Positions 1 to 6,680 of a stretch of DNA of 13,705 bases are shown here, in pieces. The number at the start of each line of letters is the position of its first letter. Within the stretch, counting starts at the first letter, position 1. Both the position numbers and the translations under genes were made by a program. The notes under the pieces are model-generated. The model made no database searches. It worked only from the letters and a program-made list of their open reading frames with translations, and was not told the origin of the DNA. Origin of the DNA: an uncultured Nitrososphaerota archaeon (GTDB taxonomy: Archaea > Korarchaeota > Korarchaeia > Korarchaeales > Korarchaeaceae); assembly GCA_964618805.1 (NCBI GenBank), contig CAZUBM010000018.1, forward strand, positions 1-13,705. The letters are read 5' to 3'.

Positions 1-494
1 CCAGCCAGTATTAATAGCCCTCCAAAGAAGAGACCGTGAGAGAGCAAATCGAAATAAGGCCTGCTCTTTGTTCTAACAGGAGGAACCGAGTATAGCCCCG
101 CTAGAAGGTAGAGGAGAGAGAAAAGCAAGGCGGATCTAATCCCGAAAAATATGTATGAAAGAACCAAACCAGCAACTAAGAAAGCGAGGCTGAACGCAAT
201 TGCACTTTCAAATACAAGAAGTCCGCTTGCAACAGGATTCTTGTTGAGATCCTTAACGTCAAGTAGATCAACAACAACATCGAAGCAGTTGTTCACTGAA
301 AAGGCAAAGGCTAAATAAAAAGATACGATTAGCATGAAGATCGAAGCATCTAGAGAGTTTGGAGGAACTCGGTTCAGAAACAAGCCCAGAAAGGCCATTC
401 CGAAATATCCTCTCCAATCCCTGACTCTAGATAGTCTGAGAAGATTGGCAGCACCATTTTGGATTATATCCAAAGAAACTCTCAAGAAGCCCAC
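1..494 (-). CDS. UbiA-superfamily prenyltransferase (5' part; runs off the window's left edge)
   Basis: Not in the ORF track; hand-translated from GTG at 494: MGFLRVSLDIIQNGAANLLRLSRVRDWRGYFGMAFLGLF...YLAFAFSVNNCFDVVVDLLDVKDLNKNPVASG...LAGLYSVPPVRTKSRPYFDLLSHGLFFGGLLILA. It shows the UbiA first Asp-rich motif (NNxxDxxxD...KNPxxSG), YSxPPxRxK and multiple TM helices. It starts 3 nt after the stop of the upstream wHTH gene. Confidence 0.9.
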   Translation of the reverse strand, partial: MGFLRVSLDIIQNGAANLLRLSRVRDWRGYFGMAFLGLFLNRVPPNSLDASIFMLIVSFYLAFAFSVNNCFDVVVDLLDVKDLNKNPVASGLLVFESAIAFSLAFLVAGLVLSYIFFGIRSALLFSLLYLLAGLYSVPPVRTKSRPYFDLLSHGLFFGGLLILA

Positions 495-497
495 CCT

Positions 498-926
498 TTA
501 AACTTCCTTGATCTTGTTAATCAAACCAGAGAATTCTGAGATGATCTTATACTTGAGGTAGCAAATCAGATAAGGATCGCTCAGTTTCTCAGCCCAATCC
601 AAGTAATAGGAGACTAAGTTGACGATTTTCGCACTTATAACCTCAACTTCCAACTTCTCAAACTTTGCAAAGTTGTTTGAGCTGAAAACCCTACAGATCT
701 GCAAAACTTGCTCGCTGGCTTTTATTAAGAGTCTTTGCTTATGTCTTAAATCTCTTGTTATGTATAGAAGCCCTAGATCACTTAGCTTCTTGATTTCCTT
801 AATGAGCTTTACTTTAGATACCTTCCCCTTTAGTTTTCTGCTAAGCTGGTTGACTCCGATCCCTTCGGGAAACGAAGCTACAATATCTATGATCAGCCCT
901 TCTAGAGAAGTCAAAGTGTCCTTCAT
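498..926 (-). CDS. Winged helix-turn-helix protein, probable transcriptional regulator
   Basis: N-terminal IIDIVASFPEGIGVNQLSRKLKGKVSKVKLIKEIKKLSDLGLLYITRD fits the wHTH pattern, followed by a helical C-terminal domain. A TATA box lies 26 nt upstream and the gene is co-oriented with UbiA. Confidence 0.7.
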   Translation of the reverse strand: MKDTLTSLEGLIIDIVASFPEGIGVNQLSRKLKGKVSKVKLIKEIKKLSDLGLLYITRDLRHKQRLLIKASEQVLQICRVFSSNNFAKFEKLEVEVISAKIVNLVSYYLDWAEKLSDPYLICYLKYKIISEFSGLINKIKEV

Positions 927-943
927 GCAAGCAAGTAAATACG

Positions 944-971
944 TAAACCGGTATAAAAATTTACCAGTTTA
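944..971 (-). promoter_or_regulatory. TATA box of the wHTH-UbiA operon embedded in an inverted repeat (putative operator)
   Basis: Minus-strand TTTTTATA (952-959) is 26 nt from the ATG at 926 (leaderless spacing). It is flanked by TAAACCGGTA (944-953) and TACCAGTTTA (962-971), 9/10 complementary. Confidence 0.6.
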
Positions 972-1028
972 GGAAAAATAGAGGTTATTGTAAATCTATC
1001 CCTCAATATATCATAAAATTTAAGCTAA

Positions 1029-1091
1029 TTTTCCATTAAGATTTCAATTTAAATGGAAAAGAAAGTTTTAAATAAAAAAGTGCAATGGAAA
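1029..1091 (+). promoter_or_regulatory. BRE/TATA promoter of the flippase-GT4 operon with repeated AATGGAAA boxes
   Basis: Purine-rich GAAAAGAAAG followed by TTTTAAAT (1066-1073). Perfect 9-bp inverted repeat TTTTCCATT (1029-1037)/AATGGAAAA (1052-1060), and a third AATGGAAA at 1084-1091. Confidence 0.55.
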
Positions 1092-1128
1092 TCTGCCAAG
1101 GAAAATCGATCCAACACAAGGGATACCA

Positions 1129-2043
1129 ATGAAATACTCCAAACCGCTCAGAGAAGTTCTTAGTTTACTATTTCTGGCTCTAGCCTTAGTTTTTGTACTC
1201 AGGAGAGTTGATCCAAACCAACTGCTTACATGTATAGGGGAGATCAGACCTATGGATCTGGTTCTGACCTCATTTATGTCGATTTTGGCAGTCTTATCAT
1301 CAACCTTTAGATGGTATCTATTGCTCTCGAGCCTTCGAAAAATTCCCCTTAAGAGGGTTCTTTCTGCGGTATTATCTGGATATTATCTCCTTCTAATTCT
1401 TCCTTACGGAGCCGGACATATTGCAAAAGTCGGATTAATTGGAGGAGATTACTACGACGCTGTTGGAAGCTTAATGCTTGGTATGATGATTGAGACACTA
1501 CTATTCATCCTTCTTCTAGCACCTGCTCTCCACAACGAGCATCTTTTAGGATTTATTGCGATTTCAATCATTTTTTCTGCCGCAATAATTAAGAAGATCG
1601 ATAAAAACATATCTGGCGTAGAAAGACTCAAAATTCTGTGCAAAAGAATACCGATAGTTGGCAATTTGCTTCTGACGCTTGAAAAAGACTTAGAAATCGT
1701 AAAAGGTGACTTAAAGAGACCCTCGCTGCTTATTCTTCTATCTTTTCTCTCCTTACTCGCTCAGCTATGTGGGATATGGATATTGGTGCGCTCTTTGGAT
1801 TATAATGCAGAGATTAGTGATCTAGCGATTGCTTTTGCTTCAAGCATATTTGTTGGCTTGATAGGAGGTACTCCAGGAGGAGTAGGTGGCAACGAGCTAG
1901 GATTAGCTATAGGGCTTGAACGAGCTGGAATTCCCCTAGAGAGTTCCCTAAGCATAGCTCTTGTCTTTAAGACCCTTTTTCAATACGTTTACGCTCCAGT
2001 GGGCGGTATCATCTTTCATCTGAAGATAGGGGGTCAGGGTTGA
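1129..2043 (+). CDS. Lysylphosphatidylglycerol-synthase TM-region / flippase-like membrane protein (UPF0104 type)
   Basis: Polytopic hydrophobic 304-aa protein with the RWxxLL motif, a PxGxG segment and the family motif GTPGGVGGNE (PGGxGxxE). Its stop overlaps the GT4 start (TTGA at 2040-2043). Confidence 0.85.
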   Translation: MKYSKPLREVLSLLFLALALVFVLRRVDPNQLLTCIGEIRPMDLVLTSFMSILAVLSSTFRWYLLLSSLRKIPLKRVLSAVLSGYYLLLILPYGAGHIAKVGLIGGDYYDAVGSLMLGMMIETLLFILLLAPALHNEHLLGFIAISIIFSAAIIKKIDKNISGVERLKILCKRIPIVGNLLLTLEKDLEIVKGDLKRPSLLILLSFLSLLAQLCGIWILVRSLDYNAEISDLAIAFASSIFVGLIGGTPGGVGGNELGLAIGLERAGIPLESSLSIALVFKTLFQYVYAPVGGIIFHLKIGGQG

Positions 2044-3182
2044 GGATAGCTTTAGTGAGCGACTGGTACTACCCGAAAACAGGAGGAGTTGCCACTCATA
2101 TCCGTGATCTGGCCCTCCACCTCAGAAGTCGAGGGCATGAAGTGATGATAGTTACAAACAACCATGGAGTTCACGATGATAAGGAGTTAGATGAGAAAGG
2201 AGTGAGTATTTATAGAGTTTCTGGGCTTACAGTCCCACTGCTCAGCACTAACATATCTCCATATGCCAGTAGAGAACTCAGAAACCTTCTCTCTAGAGAA
2301 AATCCAGATATTTTCCATGCTCATCATGCCTTTACTCCTTTATCTTTGAGGGGAATGGCTATAGCAAAGGAGGAGAATTTCCCGACAGTTCTAACCACTC
2401 ACTCCATCTTCTTAGCTTACGATTCCCCTGTTTGGGACATCTTCAATCAAGCCTTTCCTGTGCTGGGTTGGTTCATAGATAGAGCAGATAGGATAATAGC
2501 TGTTAGCAATGCAGCAAAAGCCTTCATCTCTCACTTTACTCAGAAACAAGTAGCGGTTATTCCTAATGGGGTAGATAGCAAGAAATTTCACCCCAACTGG
2601 AACAAAGAGAGGTTAAGGGAAGACTTGGGTATAGAGGAAGAGCGCATTATCTTGTCCGTGAGCAGGCTCTCTTACAGGAAAGGAATTCATGTACTTCTCA
2701 ACGCAATGAAAATTTTAACTGAAGAAATGGATGACATTAGGCTAATTATATTAGGAGAAGGAGAAATGTTCTTACCCCTAAGAACACAAGCAAAATTGCT
2801 TGATCTCGAGAATAGGGTAAGTTTCATGGGCTATGTTCCAAGCCAGCAGTTACCTAAGTTCTATGGCATGACAGACGTTTTTGTCCTTCCCTCTATAACA
2901 GCAGAGGCTTTTGGCATAGTTCTGCTGGAAGCCATGGCATCAGGTAAACCTGTAGTGGCTACTAACGTCGGTGGAATTCCAGAAGTCGTAGAAAGCTCCA
3001 ATTGCGGAATTCTTGTTGATCCTTGGGATGAATATGCTCTGGCTGAAGCAATTTTTTCATTGTTAGAGGATGAAAGCCTGAGAAACGAACTAGGTAAGAA
3101 CGGCCGTAAAGCCGTAGAGAACAGGTATTCGTGGGATATTATAGCAGAAAAAATAGAGAGGGTATATCAGGAGATAGTATGA
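2040..3182 (+). CDS. Family 4 (GT-B, retaining) glycosyltransferase, PIG-A-like
   Basis: VSDWYYPKTGGVATHI, HAHHAF, TTHS, IIAVS, VIPNGVD, VSRLSYRKG and the EAFGIVLLEAMASGKPVVATNVGGIPEV (E-x7-E) motif. TTG start is translationally coupled to the upstream gene. Confidence 0.95.
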   Translation: MRIALVSDWYYPKTGGVATHIRDLALHLRSRGHEVMIVTNNHGVHDDKELDEKGVSIYRVSGLTVPLLSTNISPYASRELRNLLSRENPDIFHAHHAFTPLSLRGMAIAKEENFPTVLTTHSIFLAYDSPVWDIFNQAFPVLGWFIDRADRIIAVSNAAKAFISHFTQKQVAVIPNGVDSKKFHPNWNKERLREDLGIEEERIILSVSRLSYRKGIHVLLNAMKILTEEMDDIRLIILGEGEMFLPLRTQAKLLDLENRVSFMGYVPSQQLPKFYGMTDVFVLPSITAEAFGIVLLEAMASGKPVVATNVGGIPEVVESSNCGILVDPWDEYALAEAIFSLLEDESLRNELGKNGRKAVENRYSWDIIAEKIERVYQEIV

Positions 3183-3438
3183 AGTCTAACTGTTGGTAGA
3201 GACTTGAAAAACACTCCCCTTTTTAGAATAAGACGCGCTATTCTACAATTAGGTTCCGAACTCTTCTGCATCTTGAGAGCACAAGAAGCCTAGAAGCGCG
3301 CGTTGGCTATTTTGGCGACAATATAACACCAGGTCCGGATTGCATTTTGGTTGCCAGAACAACAGAGCTAAAACACTAAGCCATCCTATTGGATATAATC
3401 TTTTTTGATTCACGATAATCTCAAATTGAGTGGTCATA

Positions 3439-4431
3439 ATGGAATTTAGTAGCAAGGCAAGAGGGGAATTGCTTAAGAAAATCACGAAGTTAGCTGGGTT
3501 CAAACGGCCCGAAGTTATGGTGGAACCAGATCCTTACCTTGATGCGGGTGCCGAGGGCCTTGAAAACGAATTCAGGATATACGCAGTGGATCCCTGTCTG
3601 GGGGTCCCTGAACGCCATATAGGTTTCCTTGCCTTTCATTTTCCTGCATCAGATGTTGCAGTCATGGGAGGAGAGCCCTATCTTGCGATACTAGATATGC
3701 TATTTCCCCTAAACTACACAGAAGCGCGTATACTATCTATAATGAAGCAGATTCACGAACAAGCTTTGAAGTACAAAGCTTCAATCATAACAGGTCACAC
3801 AGGCAGGTATGCAGCCATTAAGGAGCCAGTGATCTCCTGTACAATAGTAGGAAAGGCGAAAAAGCTCTTGATTCCAAATAACGTCAGCAAGGGAGACGTA
3901 ATAATAGCTTCAGGTTGGGTCGGCGGCGAACTTCTATATGCTTTGTCGAATTTTAGACCTGAACTTTTGAGAAAAGAGTTTGGAGATGAGTGTGTGAGTA
4001 ATTGGATGGACTTTTACGAAAAAATGACCGTGGTAGATGCTGCCTTGGCTTTATCAAAAACAGATCTCGTTAAAGCAATGAAAGATGGAGCCGAAGGAGG
4101 TCTTGTGAGAGTAATGAACGACATAGCATCAGCAGCAAAGCTCGGTTTCTTAATAGATTTTGAAGAGATACCAATACCTGATGAAGTTCTAGCTCTCTCC
4201 AAGGAACTTAATTTTGATCCGATCTCAACCTCAAGCTCAGGTTTGCTTATAGCGGTTGTTAAAAAGGGTTTAGAGGAAAGCGTCCTAGGTCTGTTAAGCA
4301 GTTTGGGGCTTAACCATTCTATAATTGGAGAAATGCTTGATCAACACGAAGGCAGGCGCATCAGAAAGAAAGGAAAAACAACTTCATTTCCTCCATCAGC
4401 AGAGGATCCATATTCAAGGCTTATTTCTTAG
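3439..4431 (+). CDS. AIR synthase-related protein (PurM/HypE/ThiL/SelD-like fold), function unknown
   Basis: AVDP, SDVAVMGGEP, TGHT, GDVII, MKDGAEGG and DPxxxxSSGxL motifs are typical of the uncharacterised PurM-like group. ATG 3439 is preferred over GTG 3430 because GAGTGG precedes it at RBS distance. Confidence 0.85.
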   Translation: MEFSSKARGELLKKITKLAGFKRPEVMVEPDPYLDAGAEGLENEFRIYAVDPCLGVPERHIGFLAFHFPASDVAVMGGEPYLAILDMLFPLNYTEARILSIMKQIHEQALKYKASIITGHTGRYAAIKEPVISCTIVGKAKKLLIPNNVSKGDVIIASGWVGGELLYALSNFRPELLRKEFGDECVSNWMDFYEKMTVVDAALALSKTDLVKAMKDGAEGGLVRVMNDIASAAKLGFLIDFEEIPIPDEVLALSKELNFDPISTSSSGLLIAVVKKGLEESVLGLLSSLGLNHSIIGEMLDQHEGRRIRKKGKTTSFPPSAEDPYSRLIS

Positions 4432-4564
4432 ATCTATCTTGATCTCGATTATAGAGGTAAGCTGTATTAGAATAATAACGAAACCTAAAGTATAGTATGC
4501 TTTACAAAGAACTTAATTTCGAACGCTTTTTATTTAATCGTTAACTTAATCTCATGAGGAAACT

Positions 4565-4777
4565 ATGATGCTTCTGGACTTGCCCAGCCTCTTCGTGTTA
4601 ATAGCAGCGGTTTTGATAGGCATATTGATAATAATGCTAGTTCTGAAGATAGTAACTTTTTTGATCCCTCCGGCAGTGATTGGGGCCGCAGTTTACTTCC
4701 TAACAGAGGACATCAAACTGGGAGGATTGGCATTTTTAGCTATAGCAATACTGGAAACTTTCCTTAGGTCTAAGTAG
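4565..4777 (+). CDS. Small hydrophobic membrane protein (2-3 TM), unknown function
   Basis: 70-aa hydrophobic ORF with a GAGGA RBS just upstream and a TTTTTATT TATA-like element near 4526-4534. Confidence 0.7.
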   Translation: MMLLDLPSLFVLIAAVLIGILIIMLVLKIVTFLIPPAVIGAAVYFLTEDIKLGGLAFLAIAILETFLRSK

Positions 4778-4867
4778 TGGAAGATTACATTAAAATTATG
4801 AGAGAGGATCTCTGAAAAGAATAAAGTGCTACCTCATGAGATCTCTATTTTTTCTCCTATGACTGCG

Positions 4868-5173
4868 CTAAAGAGCTAGGACTCGCCATAAATTGGGTAA
4901 GAGGAGGATAAGGAGGACAATAAATACCAGAAATATTGCTATTACAATCAGAACCTTAAGAGAACCCATGTCAGTTCCAAACAGTATTGGAAGGGGGCCA
5001 ATCAATACAATGCCTCCGCCTTTCACTTCCGCTTCTCCTTCTCTCTCTTTAATCTCTTCTGGCTTTATCGCATGTTTCCAAGCATGATAGAAAATACATA
5101 GCATTCCAGCTATTATAAGAATGAATCCTAAGAACATAAGAGCCAATCCCAGAGAAATACAACTCCACTCCAT
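4868..5173 (-). CDS. DUF131 (TIGR00304-type) small archaeal membrane protein
   Basis: Signature KGGGIVLIGPLPILFG between two TM helices. Minus-strand TTATAAAT lies 28 nt upstream (5201-5208). Confidence 0.88.
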   Translation of the reverse strand: MEWSCISLGLALMFLGFILIIAGMLCIFYHAWKHAIKPEEIKEREGEAEVKGGGIVLIGPLPILFGTDMGSLKVLIVIAIFLVFIVLLILLLPNLWRVLAL

Positions 5174-5347
5174 CCTACTCTTTCTCTATTTAGAAAAGCG
5201 ATTTATAAGAATAACGTGCTACATGAGGAGCGATTAAGGACAGCTTCTCTGTCTGAGGAGGGTGGATATTGTTCATTAACTTAATTAGCTATCAAAAATC
5301 CGTAATCCTGTTATTTAAGGATAAATAGTTAATGATCAGGTGATAAA

Positions 5348-5568
5348 ATGGCTTTAAAGAAGGTTTTTGTCAGTTCACATGATCATAAGGGCACTAAGGT
5401 CTAATAGGTTTTTACATAGCTGTGAATGTTGTAGCATCGGTCCTCTGGCTCCTGGTAGGCGCCAGGGAAAGCCTTGCCTTAAGAAAATGGACACAGAGGT
5501 TTAAGAGATATATGGAAATAAGAGAAAAAGTAGACAAGGAGATAGAGAGAGAATTAGGAGGCGTATAA
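5348..5568 (+). pseudogene. Probable disrupted gene (or 48-aa small protein): RBS-led 18-aa ORF followed by an out-of-frame membrane-protein C-terminus
   Basis: AGGTGA RBS and ATG 5348 give MALKKVFVSSHDHKGTKV* (to 5404). A different frame, 5398-5568, reads GLIGFYIAVNVVASVLWLLVGARESLALRKWTQRFKRYMEIREKVDKEIERELGGV*, a TM helix plus charged coiled tail. An in-frame GTG exists at 5422 but has no RBS. Confidence 0.5.
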
Positions 5569-5616
5569 CTACTTTCTAATAAAAAACGACATTATAATTC
5601 GAAATTGGGGATCAAT

Positions 5617-6201
5617 ATGAAGCTTCCAAGAAGTTTTTATGAGAAAGACGCAATTACTGTTGCAAAAGAGCTTTTAGGCAAACTTTTAGTCCATAATTCA
5701 AGACAGGGGAGGACCTCAGGTATTATAGTTGAGACAGAGGCGTATATGGGAACCGAAGACAAGGCTTCGCACAGCTATGGAGGAAGAAGAACTAAGAGAA
5801 CCTCTACCCTATATGATAAGCCTGGAACAGCGTACATATACTTGGTTTATGGCATTCATTGTTTACTTAACGTTGTTACAGGCCCCGAGGGAGTACCAAT
5901 GGCTGTTCTAATAAGGGCTCTCGAACCAAAAGAAGGCATAGAGCTTATGAGAGCAAGGAGAGGCCTTGAAAATGTAAAAAGGCTTTGTAAAGGTCCTGGA
6001 AGCTTAACTAAGGCAATGGGAATTGATATGAGACTGAACGGAATAGATATGACTGGAAATATCTTGTTTATCGAAGATATTGGATATAATCCAGAAGAAA
6101 TTGTGCAGACAACTAGAATTGGGGTGGAGTACGCCGAAGAAGATGCCCTAAAACCATGGAGGTTTTATATAAAGGGAAACAAGTACGTATCAAGAAAATG
6201 A
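5617..6201 (+). CDS. mpg: DNA-3-methyladenine glycosylase (AAG/MPG family)
   Basis: LPRSFY, VAKELLGKLL, GIIVETEAY, D.ASHS, AYIYLVYGIH..LNVV, AVLIRALEP, GPGSL..AMGI, RIGV and PWRF motifs. ATG 5617 follows a GGGGA RBS. Confidence 0.95.
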   Translation: MKLPRSFYEKDAITVAKELLGKLLVHNSRQGRTSGIIVETEAYMGTEDKASHSYGGRRTKRTSTLYDKPGTAYIYLVYGIHCLLNVVTGPEGVPMAVLIRALEPKEGIELMRARRGLENVKRLCKGPGSLTKAMGIDMRLNGIDMTGNILFIEDIGYNPEEIVQTTRIGVEYAEEDALKPWRFYIKGNKYVSRK

Positions 6202-6328
6202 AAACTCCTTTTCTATGCTCTTGGGACTAATCGCTCATTCTTTGATCCCTGCTTATTAGAAATCCATCAACTAATCGTTAAGTGATCAAAATGAACTTTC
6301 AACAATATGCTTGTAGGCAATTAAGCAC

Positions 6329-6493
6329 CTATTCCTCCACATATTCGAACTGATCTTTTGAGGCCCCACAAACTGGACATACCCAGTCATCTGGCAAATC
6401 TTCAAAAAGCGTCCCGGGAGGAATATCTCCTTCAGGATCTCCTACATCTTCATCGTATATGTATCCACAGACGAGGCATTTCCATTTTGCCAT
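6329..6493 (-). CDS. Rubredoxin (54 aa)
   Basis: Not in the ORF track (<60 aa); hand-translated as [54 protein letters not shown]. It has the canonical CxxCG...CPxCG pairs and conserved aromatic residues. Confidence 0.97.
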   Translation of the reverse strand: MAKWKCLVCGYIYDEDVGDPEGDIPPGTLFEDLPDDWVCPVCGASKDQFEYVEE

Positions 6494-6680
6494 ATCTCTA
6501 TACAAGCCCTCTTACTTCTTAAGTGTACTTTAAGATATTCTTTGACTTATTGCTTTGTTGAACCTGTGTTCAAATTATTTCTGGAAAACTTAAGCTCAAA
6601 AAGGGAGAGGCCGAGAAGTCAATGCTTCTAGCGCGCTAATACAGTTATTTTTATTCTAACATCTGGGCATAAAGAGAGAG

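Noticed and set aside
619-972. 117-aa plus-strand ORF
   Set aside because: It is antisense to the wHTH gene, runs through its promoter and has no recognisable motif.
1452-1664. 70-aa minus-strand ORF
   Set aside because: Antisense shadow inside the flippase-like gene.
3249-3503. 84-aa minus-strand ORF, and the 3183-3438 gap as a possible ncRNA
   Set aside because: The ORF overlaps the start of the AIR-synthase-like gene and has no motif or RBS. I found no tRNA cloverleaf, C/D box pair or convincing stem in the gap.
4797-4850. Short palindromes (e.g. GAGATCTC) and ATGAGA/CTGA words between convergent genes
   Set aside because: They are too short and wrongly spaced for a C/D sRNA or an operator, and are compatible with chance.
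4014-5911. Short ORFs 4014-4202 (-), 4893-5087 (+) and 5729-5911 (+)
   Set aside because: Each lies wholly within a well-supported gene, on the opposite strand or in an alternative frame.
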